64,000 nt of DNA from NCBI GenBank assembly GCA_046482545.1, contig JAWOEX010000024.1, positions 51,879-115,878 on the forward strand, written 5' to 3'. The DNA comes from Candidatus Thorarchaeota archaeon. GTDB taxonomy: Archaea; Asgardarchaeota; Thorarchaeia; Thorarchaeales; Thorarchaeaceae. Under the pieces are notes generated by a model. The model saw only the letters and a list, made by a program, of their open reading frames with translations. It was not told the DNA's origin and searched no databases. Numbering within the stretch: the first letter of the stretch is position 1; the number at the start of each line of letters is the position of its first letter. Shown in pieces: positions 9,858 to 20,031 of the stretch. A program made the position numbers and the translations under genes.

Positions 9858-10421
9858 TTATTGCTTCTCCCTTTTTCCTACCGGTGGTCTCTTTGCCCTC
9901 TCCATAACTCCTCTCGGATCATCCCAGTCTTTCCTGAGAGGATGCTCATCCTCGGGCCAATCTTCGGGAAGCTCAACCCTGTGCTTCTTTTTAAGGCCCA
10001 CAGGAATTATCCCATACATCTCATGAAGCTCATTTTCAACATACTCGAAACCAGGAAAGAGGTCAGTAATTGATGGATATTCGGGATTGCTTCGCGGCAC
10101 ATTTACCCGAACTGTTAGGGCAATCCTCTTGTTCCTCAGAAAGAAATGATAACAAGCTTGGAGGTCATCCCCCAAATCCCTACCCGAAACCGTTGAACAT
10201 TGCCAAACATTGAGTTCTTCCTTCAGGTATTTTGCAAAATCTCGGAATTTATCCTTTCTTACCTGAAGAAAAATCCTGCCTGGTTGCTTGTGAACATATG
10301 AACCCTCTTCAATCGTAGCTTCTGGATTATCATTTACCAAGGTCTCAAAAAACTCGTATTCTCTTTCGTGACTTTCCCTATCAGCGGGGTGGTGTTCATC
10401 TTGTTCTTCCTTTTGACTCAT
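9858..10421 (-). CDS. NuoC/EchD-like hydrogenase subunit
   Basis: PSITDLFPG..YVENELHEMYGI and HPLRKDW motifs. Confidence 0.88.
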   Translation of the reverse strand: MSQKEEQDEHHPADRESHEREYEFFETLVNDNPEATIEEGSYVHKQPGRIFLQVRKDKFRDFAKYLKEELNVWQCSTVSGRDLGDDLQACYHFFLRNKRIALTVRVNVPRSNPEYPSITDLFPGFEYVENELHEMYGIIPVGLKKKHRVELPEDWPEDEHPLRKDWDDPRGVMERAKRPPVGKREKQ

Positions 10422-10652
10422 AGCTTAGCAGCCTCTTTGAGCTAGCTAGATTGTGCCGTCAACTTTCAGCACTGGAGAGTCGTTGTGGGCTGCACCCGTT
10501 GCTTCCTCTCTCTCATATAATTAATTTGGTTCATTACTAATCAACTCATGGATATGCCTCTGTAGAAATTTCCATAGGACGATCAAAATGCTCAAAGCAC
10601 CAACCATTGGGATGTATCTGCTCCACAATAACAGCAGATTGCACCTATCTAC

Positions 10653-11426
10653 TCACTTGAGCGATAACAAAGCTGCGCCCAGAGCTCCTGTAAATTGAGC
10701 TCTCTGTGGTACCAGTACCTTTTCCTCAAGTGACTGCTCCAGATACTGAACGAATGCTGGATTAAGGGCAACTCCACCTGTTGCCACGACTGGAGAGACA
10801 ATACCAACTCGCTTTGACATGTTTGCAATCTTGCTTGCCATGGATAAGTTAACTCCCGCTGCTATATCCTCCGGAGTTTCACCTGAACTTATCTGACTGA
10901 TGACCTCACTCTCAGCAAAAACGGTACAGGTGCTGCTGATTGAACACGGATTTTTGGACCGAAGAGCTAGTGGTCCCAGATCCTCGATTCGTACATCCAA
11001 CACACTTGCCATAACTTCAAGAAAGCGACCCGTTCCAGCTGAACATTTGTCATTGAGTTCAAAATCGATGGGCCTCCCATCTGCTCCAACTCGTATTGCC
11101 TTTGAATCTTGTCCACCAACATCTATAACGAGCTGTACTTGTGGGAACAGATGATGTACTCCGAGACTGTGGCATGTGATTTCAGTCACATTCCTGTCTG
11201 CAAGTGAAATGAGCCTGCGTCCATAGCCGGTACTGACAATTGATTCATCTACGGTTCTGCCATATTGATTCTCTATTTCATCCAAAACAGTTTGAACTGC
11301 TTTGTTTGCAGATGCACCAGTGGGGTGAATAGATGAAGCTAGAATCTCGCCGTCACTGTTAATGATGACCCCTTTCGTGGTAGTGGAACCAACATCAATA
11401 CCGATGCCTATTTGCTCATGGCTCAC
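10653..11426 (-). CDS. Acyl-CoA dehydratase activase / BadF-BadG-BcrA-BcrD ASKHA ATPase
   Basis: GIDVGSTTTK, TGYGR, EITCH, DVGGQDSK, NDKCSAGTGRFLE and CTVFAESE motifs. Confidence 0.93.
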   Translation of the reverse strand: MSHEQIGIGIDVGSTTTKGVIINSDGEILASSIHPTGASANKAVQTVLDEIENQYGRTVDESIVSTGYGRRLISLADRNVTEITCHSLGVHHLFPQVQLVIDVGGQDSKAIRVGADGRPIDFELNDKCSAGTGRFLEVMASVLDVRIEDLGPLALRSKNPCSISSTCTVFAESEVISQISSGETPEDIAAGVNLSMASKIANMSKRVGIVSPVVATGGVALNPAFVQYLEQSLEEKVLVPQRAQFTGALGAALLSLK

Positions 11427-11436
11427 GCGTTTTCAC

Positions 11437-12654
11437 CTACTCAACCATCTCAATCAGGGCATCGATTCTTGTCTGTATCTGGGCGTCATTGAAGAGCCGA
11501 CTGTCAACCATGTCTCCTTCTATGACCACACCCGGAACTCCTGTTCTTTCCGTCACCAAGTCCTTTGACACAAGCTGACCGAGGGAATACCTCTTACATG
11601 ATCTAACTGAAAACATGACAAAACCGTCCAAGTCATACTCCTCGATTAAACCACACATTTTGCTTACTTTCGCTCGTAACCCTTTGTTGAGATAAACGTT
11701 GGAATAGATGTCTACCAATCGGTCTAGAATCTCATCACCTTCCAATGAACCCGTCCATGCATGTGTGTATGTATCAGCAGGAAAAACTACCCCTCTCTTC
11801 GCTAGGCCATTGAAGAATTTGTAAATGCTGAACCAAGGTGGAATATTATCCCAGAGCAAGCGAATACTTTCGTCTCGAATGGCTCCAATGCCTTCTGCTA
11901 CCCGATTTTTGACCTCATCAAGAAGTTCCTCATAATACTCTAAGATATGCTTCTTCCCCCGCATGGAAACTACTGGAGCCATTGCGAGAAACCTGTCGGC
12001 ACAATTGAGTGGTGATGGCTTATTCTTGCATGCTTCAAGGGACTTGGTCCAAAGATCGATTGCTCTCGTGGAATTTGATGCTACATCTTGAAGTTTCTCT
12101 TCTTCGAGACTGGTATCGAACTCCTCACCCAAGAAATCTATCAGCTCTTCAAGACCCGCTCTCACGTAACTCTTATGATGGGATGGTTGCCTCCGTTCAA
12201 CTGGTGGTGTATCGAGAAGAAATACCGGAGCACCTGTAAGCTCAGAAACAGCTTCATACCAGCGAAGAACCGTCCCGCAAATATTGTTACAGGCCAGCAG
12301 TACCTGAGGCTCAGGAAGACCTCCTAAGGGGCTATCATCTGGTCTATTTGTAGATCCGATACCAGCTCGAGCATATGAGCACAGTTCCTGTGAGTATCCG
12401 AGCTCCTCAGCAAATCCGCAAACTTCAGGTCCTGCCTTTTCGGAGCCCACAACAGCAGTATACTGCTCTGGATAGCTGACTCCTAGGTCCATCGCCAAGG
12501 GAATTTCCACGGGAAAGCCGGAAGTCACCCATGCAAGCTTTCCCTCCTCGCTCGCAGCCTGAGCCTCAAGCATGTATCTGAACATCGTTTGCTGCAAAAG
12601 GCTACTCGACTCAAGCTTCCTGTATGCTTGTTCTTTCCCATTACTCCTTGCCAT
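11437..12654 (-). CDS. 2-hydroxyacyl-CoA dehydratase / benzoyl-CoA reductase family subunit
   Basis: LCSYAR, CNNICG, RSCK and IEGD motifs, C-terminal TRIDALIE. Confidence 0.9.
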   Translation of the reverse strand: MARSNGKEQAYRKLESSSLLQQTMFRYMLEAQAASEEGKLAWVTSGFPVEIPLAMDLGVSYPEQYTAVVGSEKAGPEVCGFAEELGYSQELCSYARAGIGSTNRPDDSPLGGLPEPQVLLACNNICGTVLRWYEAVSELTGAPVFLLDTPPVERRQPSHHKSYVRAGLEELIDFLGEEFDTSLEEEKLQDVASNSTRAIDLWTKSLEACKNKPSPLNCADRFLAMAPVVSMRGKKHILEYYEELLDEVKNRVAEGIGAIRDESIRLLWDNIPPWFSIYKFFNGLAKRGVVFPADTYTHAWTGSLEGDEILDRLVDIYSNVYLNKGLRAKVSKMCGLIEEYDLDGFVMFSVRSCKRYSLGQLVSKDLVTERTGVPGVVIEGDMVDSRLFNDAQIQTRIDALIEMVE

Positions 12655-12656
12655 CT

Positions 12657-13874
12657 TTAGACCTCCACCTCAGGAGACAGTGTTTCTAAGAAACTCTGCA
12701 CTCTTCCTTCTAACCGAGCCCTATCGGAGAACTCCGCATCCACTGGTAGCCTTAAGGTAGGGACTCCAGTTTCTTTTGCAGCTTTCATCAGTGAAGGTGT
12801 TTCAAACTCATCCGGATCACAGAACGACATCTCGGAAATGATTAGACCATCAATCGAGAAGTTTCGGAGTAGATTCTTGAGAAATGCTACTCGCGATGCG
12901 AGCCCTTTCTGTGTGGGTGCAGAAGGAGCTCCAAGAATGCCCCTTGCAAGATCCTTGAACATGTGTTCGCCAAGATTCACAGCTGGCCTGAAAACCATCC
13001 TGTAGCCAAGAGACAATAGATCAAGTACAATAGCCGCATCAGATTGATTTGCCACAGCATCAAACAGCTCACCAATGCGAACAAGGTCAGTCATTCCTCC
13101 TGCCACAACAATCCGCGCGGGGGGCGACTTTACTGGAAAGCCCATCTGATTCATAGGAGTATGGAGAAGAGCTTGCCTTATTTCAGAAGCAGTATTTGGT
13201 CTTTTTACCATGCTCTTGACCCTGCGATGGACGCTTTCTATCTCTTCTAGGCCCACAATAGATGGCGCCTCCAGGAACGAATATAGCAATTGAGCGAACT
13301 CTGTATATCGGAGAAGATCTGGTTGGAGCACTCTTGCTGCATAAATCTCTTGACACATGCTTCGAAACCAATCGAATACATTCAGCGCTTTTCTGAGTCT
13401 CATCATGTTAAGCGAATGGTAAACTATACCTTGAACACTTGCGCTCAGTTTTCCGAGTTCTCCTGCCAGATATTCCACAGACTTTTCCCCAGCTTCAACA
13501 ACAGGATATCCTACCCGTAAAACATTGTCTCTTGGGAACTCCACTTCCCAGATATCGTGAAGATTTTGCATTGAATCACACATATTGCTTGGAAACAGCA
13601 GCCCCTCGAGATTTGAAAGGTTTCCTTTTGTTCTCTGACTCAGAAGGTTCCGGCTGAAGGAGCATGCAAATGTCTGTAAACTCGCTTCGAAACCAGTACT
13701 TGTTCCTCCGGTAGACCTAACAAGGGACGGTATTGCTTGATGGGCTACAATCATCTCAAGTGGGGCGCGATGATCGAAATAACCGACGGTAGGCATTTGA
13801 GATTCGTCAGACGTGGGAAGTATCTCCTTGGCCTCAAGCAGAACTTGGTCTCCGCTCAATCTCTTAGTTTTCAT
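12657..13874 (-). CDS. BcrC/BadD/HgdB-family second subunit (divergent)
   Basis: FACSFSR, NMCDSMQN, FCDPDEFE and RVQSFLE motifs; in operon with the first subunit and activator. Confidence 0.82.
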   Translation of the reverse strand: MKTKRLSGDQVLLEAKEILPTSDESQMPTVGYFDHRAPLEMIVAHQAIPSLVRSTGGTSTGFEASLQTFACSFSRNLLSQRTKGNLSNLEGLLFPSNMCDSMQNLHDIWEVEFPRDNVLRVGYPVVEAGEKSVEYLAGELGKLSASVQGIVYHSLNMMRLRKALNVFDWFRSMCQEIYAARVLQPDLLRYTEFAQLLYSFLEAPSIVGLEEIESVHRRVKSMVKRPNTASEIRQALLHTPMNQMGFPVKSPPARIVVAGGMTDLVRIGELFDAVANQSDAAIVLDLLSLGYRMVFRPAVNLGEHMFKDLARGILGAPSAPTQKGLASRVAFLKNLLRNFSIDGLIISEMSFCDPDEFETPSLMKAAKETGVPTLRLPVDAEFSDRARLEGRVQSFLETLSPEVEV

Positions 13875-14052
13875 TTAACGTCCCAACAATTCACTGTTAC
13901 ACTTGGCTGTCTTATAGGTTGCGGCCGGGCTAGATGTGCCGCTGCCAAGAGAAGAAGTTATCAGTCTTGGTTACAAAACATTGACGATATACCTTGGCCC
14001 ACTTGGGGAAAAAAATGGACCAAGGAAAGAGAAAGTAGAGGAGAAACGCATT

Positions 14053-15801
14053 ATGGATGAAATGTTATGGCACAAACACAAGTGGCCGGCGGATGCACCG
14101 AAGAGCATAGAGTATCCGGAGGAGTCTCTTTTTGCGATGCTAGACCGATCCGCTGAGAAGTGCGGTGATCAACCCTTTACCCTATGGGAAGGTAAATCAC
14201 GGACTTTTGCTGAGGTAAGAGACGACGCGAACAGGATTGCTAACTTTCTGGCAAGCAAGGGAATTGGTGAAGGTGATACGGTAGCAGTTTTCCTACCTAA
14301 TACACCCCACTTCCCAGTAATCTTCTTTGGTATTCTGAAAACGGGAGCAAGGATTTGCACCTGCAACCCGATGTACAAGACTGCCGAGCTCAATCACCAA
14401 CTCAATGACAGCGGCGCAGTTGCCGTTTTTGTCCTTGACCACCCGACATTTACACCAACCTGCTATGAAGCGGTCAAGAATAGTGATGTAAAAACAGTCG
14501 TGGTATGTAGTGTCAAGAGCTTCCTACCGAAAATAAAGGCAATTCTTGGAGGTCTGCTTGGCAAGATTCCGAAGAGCCCGTCTTACGAGGAAGACAAGAC
14601 AGTCTTCTATGATGAAATAATGGACAACTACGAACCCGTTGCTCCTGATGTAGATGTGGACCCGCATGAGATTGCACTCATACTCTACACAGGTGGAACA
14701 ACTGGGACACCAAAAGGAGCAGCACTTACGCACCGCAATATGGTGGCTAATGTTAAGCAGGTTTACCAATACGTTAATCTAGATCCTGAGGACATGGATG
14801 CTCCGAGAAAGATTGTGTACGGGGAGGAGGTCTTTGTTGGCGCACTACCATGGTATCATAGTTACGGTCTAACACTCACTATGTTGATGGCAACGGAATA
14901 TGCTGGGCAGCTTATTTGCATACCTGATCCGCGGGATGGTGACCCGCCTCTCTCCGTTCTTCTAGAAGACATCGAGAAGTATGGTGGTACTATTCTGAAT
15001 GCAGTCCCTGCCTTGTATGCAGGAATTGTTGAACATCCCAATGTAAGTGATTACGATTTGAGTTCGATTAAGATTTGCAGTTCTGGTGCTGCACCTCTTC
15101 CTCCTGAATTGGCGAAGAATTTCGAGAAAGTAACTGGAGCTGTCATTTTTGAGGGCTACGGTCTAAGCGAGACCTCTCCAGTCACCCATGTTAATCCCAC
15201 CAACAGAAAGGATCGGAAGTTCGGATCCATAGGTCTACCCGTTCCAGACACTATCGCCAAGATAGTCGATATTGAAACAGGAACCCGTGAACTCCCTCAG
15301 GGAGAAACTGGGGAAATTGCTGTTTACGGACCACAAGTGATGGACGGATACTGGAACAAGCCTGAAGAGACAGAGAATGTCATGCGTGAATTCGACGGAA
15401 AGCGGTTCTTCCTAACAGGTGACATTGGACACATGGATGAGGAAGGCTTCTTCGTCGTTTCAGATCGCAAGAAGGACATGGTAAATGTGGGCGGCCTCAA
15501 GGCATATCCGCGAGAAATCGAGGATTATCTCTATGAACATCCCAAAGTAGCCATGGCTGCAGCTATTGGTGTCCCGCGGGAGGAGGATCCAAGCAATGAA
15601 TTTGTTAAGGCGTTCATTGTGCCGAAAGAGGGAGTTGATGCTACGCCTGAGGAATTCATCGAATGGGCTCGGGAGAAGATGGCAGGGTACAAGCGACCAC
15701 GGGAAGTAGATCTCGTTGATGAACTTCCTCTCAGCAGTGTGGGTAAGGTCTTGAGAAGAGTACTCAGAGAACAGGAGCTGAAGAAGAGAGGTATGGACTA
15801 G
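14053..15801 (+). CDS. fadD: Long-chain-fatty-acid/acyl-CoA ligase (AMP-forming)
   Basis: YTGGTTGTPKG, EGYGLSETSP, TGDIG and LPLSSVGKVLRR motifs; likely start ATG 14053. Confidence 0.92.
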   Translation: MDEMLWHKHKWPADAPKSIEYPEESLFAMLDRSAEKCGDQPFTLWEGKSRTFAEVRDDANRIANFLASKGIGEGDTVAVFLPNTPHFPVIFFGILKTGARICTCNPMYKTAELNHQLNDSGAVAVFVLDHPTFTPTCYEAVKNSDVKTVVVCSVKSFLPKIKAILGGLLGKIPKSPSYEEDKTVFYDEIMDNYEPVAPDVDVDPHEIALILYTGGTTGTPKGAALTHRNMVANVKQVYQYVNLDPEDMDAPRKIVYGEEVFVGALPWYHSYGLTLTMLMATEYAGQLICIPDPRDGDPPLSVLLEDIEKYGGTILNAVPALYAGIVEHPNVSDYDLSSIKICSSGAAPLPPELAKNFEKVTGAVIFEGYGLSETSPVTHVNPTNRKDRKFGSIGLPVPDTIAKIVDIETGTRELPQGETGEIAVYGPQVMDGYWNKPEETENVMREFDGKRFFLTGDIGHMDEEGFFVVSDRKKDMVNVGGLKAYPREIEDYLYEHPKVAMAAAIGVPREEDPSNEFVKAFIVPKEGVDATPEEFIEWAREKMAGYKRPREVDLVDELPLSSVGKVLRRVLREQELKKRGMD

Positions 15802-15859
15802 TAGGAGGGCTTTTCGTCGTTCCTCTTACAGCAAGAAGGAACTGGATATGGCAGTACCT

Positions 15860-16372
15860 TCACAATTGGTCTCTGTAAGACCTTCCTAGCTCAACATAGA
15901 CCTTTGCACCGGTCATGAACGAATCCTTGAGTTCATCAGAGACCTTCTTCTTTACCTTCCCTGGAATTCCCAGCACCAGCGATTCTGGGGGGATTTCAGT
16001 ATTCTCGGTAACTACAGACCCTGCACCAATCACACTATCATGTCCTACCTTTGCCCCAGTCAGCACTATTGCCCCAATTCCTACAACCACCCTATCTCCA
16101 ATCTTGGCACCATGAATGACACAGTTGTGACCCGCGGTGACGTAATCACCAATGTGAGTTGGGTGAGTGATTTCCGTATGAACAGTACAGTTATCCTGAA
16201 TCGAAGTCCCCTTTCCTACAGTTATCCTATTCATATCCCCTCTGAGGACTGCCGATTCCCAGATACTCGAATCAGATCCGATTTCAACATCTCCGATGAC
16301 TGAAGCCCGTGGTGAAACATAGGCTTCATCGCTAACAACTGGCATTTTACCTTTGAATTCGTAAAGTCCCAA
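15860..16372 (-). CDS. Gamma carbonic anhydrase family protein
   Basis: Hexapeptide repeats with LRGD, IQDNCTVH and GHNCVIHG His ligands. Confidence 0.92.
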   Translation of the reverse strand: MGLYEFKGKMPVVSDEAYVSPRASVIGDVEIGSDSSIWESAVLRGDMNRITVGKGTSIQDNCTVHTEITHPTHIGDYVTAGHNCVIHGAKIGDRVVVGIGAIVLTGAKVGHDSVIGAGSVVTENTEIPPESLVLGIPGKVKKKVSDELKDSFMTGAKVYVELGRSYRDQL

Positions 16373-16499
16373 ACTCTACACCTTTGCCTAGAGGGAAATA
16401 AGCCACTTCATAAGGATATTGTACGATTATATGTTTACAAGAATTTCAATAATTCAAACAGCTAGATTCTATAATCTAGACGGAAGGACAAATGTCACT

Positions 16500-17069
16500 A
16501 TGCCTTTCACCTTATTTCACTACTCGGTTGCCTATGCTATGCATAGGGCGGACAAGAGACTTCCTCTTCCAGCCCTAGCGGTGGGATCCGTCATTCCCGA
16601 CATTGAAGTTCTCATACTGACTTTCTTCTTTTCAGGCATTTTGCCGGACCATCTAGTACTTCATAGTCTAATAGGAGGTTTGACTTTGGGCACACTTGGT
16701 GCGGTTCTGACAACGCTATTCATTTATCCTCAAATAATGTCAGTTCTGTTCGGTATTGAGAAAGAACGACTAGTAGAAGCGTGCAGAATCTCACCTCTAA
16801 TGGTACTATCATGTGTTATAGGTATCCTTGGGCATATCCTACTCGACTACCCTATGCATTGGTACAATGCCATATTCTGGCCATGGGTGGAACCCACAGC
16901 TGTGGTCGGGCCGCTTGTACTCTATTTCTCTTCTATTGGTGAGATCTCTGGCATTGCTTTCACTCTTGCAAACGGAACAGCAAATCTCTTGATGCTACTC
17001 ATATTCGTGTACATTCTGGCACAAGAAAGGGAGGAGAGATGGCTACATGTATGGCTTGGCAAAGACTGA
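16500..17069 (+). CDS. DUF4184 / metal-dependent hydrolase-like membrane protein
   Basis: MPFT.FH, GSVIPD, HSL and HILLD.PMH motifs. Confidence 0.75.
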   Translation: MPFTLFHYSVAYAMHRADKRLPLPALAVGSVIPDIEVLILTFFFSGILPDHLVLHSLIGGLTLGTLGAVLTTLFIYPQIMSVLFGIEKERLVEACRISPLMVLSCVIGILGHILLDYPMHWYNAIFWPWVEPTAVVGPLVLYFSSIGEISGIAFTLANGTANLLMLLIFVYILAQEREERWLHVWLGKD

Positions 17070-17082
17070 TTGACTTCACTAT

Positions 17083-18042
17083 TTACGAGGAAGGCAATGT
17101 TGAGGCAGGGACAAACCATTCCTCCAGCGAGATTTGCGACTTGGTGTCAAGTACGTTCTCATTCTGATAGAGCGTCCTGAGAAATCTGTTATACTCATCA
17201 ACGCTGGCAGCCCTCACAGTAGCAAACAGACAGTATTCTTCCCCGGTACGATGCAGGTCCCAAACTTCGTCCATCGAACTTACATACTCTGCTGTCTCGC
17301 CTATTGTTCCCGGTGAAGGCTTAATTTGAAGGAAGAATTTGACAGGCAATCCTACATAACTGAAATCAAGATCTATGGACTGTCCTATAATGACATTTTT
17401 GTCGATTAGGTCTGAAATTGTTTTCGAAACTGATGGTTGACTGATTTCTGGACTCATCTTCTGACCGATTTCACGCTGTGATAAGCTCGATGGGTGTCTT
17501 TCGGTAGGCTGTTGTCGATGGATGACATTGAGAAGATTCCATTCCTTAGCGGTCAACGGCGTAATTGGGGTATCATCCACATCAAGTTTGAAACCATGGG
17601 TCTTGTAAGTGGTTAGTACCTGAACAAGATTATACGTCTTCGCTTCTGACCTTGCGACAATCTCATCTATTCGGTCAAGAAAATCAGAGAACGCACCAGC
17701 TTGCCGAAAACGAAAGAGCCCGAGAAGTGAATGTTCTCCCGATATTCCATCAAGCGACTCTAGTTCTGACATCTGAAGCAGCAGTCGACTTATGACCTCT
17801 TCACGAGGATTTGATTTCAGAAGCAGAATCGTACTGCTTTCAGCATATACTTTCGCAGGATTGAATACTGTGATGTAGGCCCTCAGTATTCTTTCATTTA
17901 CCAGTTTCTTGATTTTTCGAGCTACCCAGTTACGCCCCTTTTCGAGTTCCTCACCTAATTCTGATGTTGTACTTCGCGAATCGTGCAATAGCAATGCAAG
18001 TAGCTGTTGTTCTTTTGGCTTAAGTGGCCTGATAGATTGCAT
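17083..18042 (-). CDS. Tandem-domain Lrp/AsnC transcriptional regulator
   Basis: Two wHTH plus ligand-binding (SGEHSL, TGEEYCL) repeats. Confidence 0.8.
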   Translation of the reverse strand: MQSIRPLKPKEQQLLALLLHDSRSTTSELGEELEKGRNWVARKIKKLVNERILRAYITVFNPAKVYAESSTILLLKSNPREEVISRLLLQMSELESLDGISGEHSLLGLFRFRQAGAFSDFLDRIDEIVARSEAKTYNLVQVLTTYKTHGFKLDVDDTPITPLTAKEWNLLNVIHRQQPTERHPSSLSQREIGQKMSPEISQPSVSKTISDLIDKNVIIGQSIDLDFSYVGLPVKFFLQIKPSPGTIGETAEYVSSMDEVWDLHRTGEEYCLFATVRAASVDEYNRFLRTLYQNENVLDTKSQISLEEWFVPASTLPSS

Positions 18043-18492
18043 CGATATATTCCTCTAAACGTACAATCTATTATTCGAAATGATTAGTGTCTCATAAAAG
18101 TTAGGGTGCATAATGTGAAGCAATCTAATATGCAATAGAATCAGTATTCGCTTGCAGGGGAGAACCGTTCAAGCAATTCACGGATCTCCCCGAATAAAGC
18201 TTTCAGCCTCTTCTTCTACTTAGTTTTCCTTAAGGTTAAATCTTGTCGTCCTACTCGAGCTTTTCTACCAATTCTTTGATTGTAGCCACACCATCTCTAA
18301 TCTGACACAGTAGCATCAGCATTTCTTATTGGACGGTTCATTCGAACTCTCTTGCTGGGCAATGCGATATTTGAGACACTATTCAATGCATTGCGACTTC
18401 ACTTGTTTTTCTTATCGGACTAGTCATGACAAGGGCTGGTGTGACGAGCCTGTCGCGTCCAGACTAATCATGAACCTCATTCTGTTTTTTAA

Positions 18493-19017
18493 GATACAGC
18501 CATATTTACAAAGAAATGGGAAAGATTCGTAGGGCAGCTAGAGAGAAGCAAGCGTATGAAAGTTGATGCATCTAATCGAAGGGGTTTCAGACTGCAGTTC
18601 TATACCAGAAGTACAAAATTGGTTGCACGGAGAGCAATGCTTCTGGGGGACGCAGCAGGGTTAGCATCGCCCATATCAGGTGAAGGCATCTATTATGCAA
18701 TCCGGTCAGGAGCAATAGCTGCCCAAGTCGCAAAAGAGACCGTTGAGATGAAACGAATTTCACATGTCAATTCATATGAACACAGAATCAGAGAAGAGAT
18801 TGGAAGAGAACGTGAAATTCAGAAATTCATAGCAAAGACCCTCTTCGAGTCCAACGACACTGTAGAACGGATATTGAGACTGCTCTCCAAGGATGAAGTT
18901 CTACAGCGCTACGCAAAACAGATTATTTTAGGTAATCAGAACAAGAACATAAAACAAAAAATCATACGGAGAATACTAACTAAACATCCCTTGAAAGGAC
19001 TTCGTTTCGCTATCTGA
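18493..19017 (+). pseudogene. C-terminal fragment of a geranylgeranyl reductase-family flavoprotein
   Basis: LLGDAAGLASPISGEGIYYAIRSG signature present. N-terminal GxGxxG domain absent; in-frame TAA at 18490-18492. Confidence 0.72.
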
Positions 19018-19028
19018 GGTGATGCATA

Positions 19029-19970
19029 TCATGGGCGGAGTATTTGCTGATTGCCATCCGTATCCATCTTGATACGCATCAAATCTTCAGCAACGATTGA
19101 GTTGGAGAATATCTCCTGAGCATCATGTGCGACTTGTGTACTATTCTCATATCTAGGGCTATAATGAGTCAGCACCAATAGATTGACTCCTGCTTTCTTT
19201 GCAAGCTGTGCAGCTTCTGCTGCTGTCATATGACCGCGAGGGTCGGCTAAATCCGCGTGTTCTGAAGTATACATCGCTTCGGAGATGAGCACATCTGCGT
19301 TTCTTGCGGCTTCCATCAACGTATCACAGTATCTTGTATCACCGGAATAGACAATTTTCATGGGTGGAGGTTTGGGGCCCGTGACCTCCTCTGGTTCTAT
19401 AACTCGACCATCCTCCAGCTCAATATTCTCACCAGAAGATAGCTTGCCCCATAGTATCCCCTCCGGTATTCCAAGATTTCTAGCCGTTTCGGGAATAAAC
19501 GGGCCTGTAGGTCGCTGATACGTAAGAGAGTATCCGAGAGCAAATCCACGGTGATCCACTTCAAAGGCGCTAATAGACAGGTCATCAATATCCAGAACCG
19601 GACCATCTTCGATTCCGTACACAGTTGTTTCGAACGTTGTTCCTAGATGTATTGTATCCTGCCATGATTTCACGTATTCAATTAATGGCGGAGGACCGTA
19701 TATTTGTAGAGGTTTAATCCTGCCAAGCAATGAGAATCTGAGCAGAAGTCCCGGCAGGCCCAAGATGTGATCCGCGTGCATATGGCTTATGAAAACAGCC
19801 ATCTTCTTGTTGAGTCCCAAATTAGCCCGTTGGAATTGTCGTTGAACATCTTCTCCTGCATCAAACAGGAAAACCCACTCTTGAAACCTCACAGCGATTG
19901 CGGGAAGATTGCGACCTTCGGTTGGCATGGATCCGCCGGTTCCCAAGAAAACAATCTCAAACATGGTCAT
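19029..19970 (-). CDS. rnz: Ribonuclease Z
   Basis: FLGTGG, FDAGE, SHMHADH, exosite GIPEGILWG, YSGDT, HMT and THYSPRY motifs. Confidence 0.95.
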   Translation of the reverse strand: MTMFEIVFLGTGGSMPTEGRNLPAIAVRFQEWVFLFDAGEDVQRQFQRANLGLNKKMAVFISHMHADHILGLPGLLLRFSLLGRIKPLQIYGPPPLIEYVKSWQDTIHLGTTFETTVYGIEDGPVLDIDDLSISAFEVDHRGFALGYSLTYQRPTGPFIPETARNLGIPEGILWGKLSSGENIELEDGRVIEPEEVTGPKPPPMKIVYSGDTRYCDTLMEAARNADVLISEAMYTSEHADLADPRGHMTAAEAAQLAKKAGVNLLVLTHYSPRYENSTQVAHDAQEIFSNSIVAEDLMRIKMDTDGNQQILRP

Positions 19971-20031
19971 GGCATCCTTCGCATGGAGTCAAAACAATCT
20001 AGGTAGCCAAATATTCATTGTGATTCTAATG

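Noticed and set aside
10422-10520. Possible riboswitch in the leader of the hydrogenase catalytic operon
   Set aside because: Only weak short stems; no recognisable aptamer consensus.
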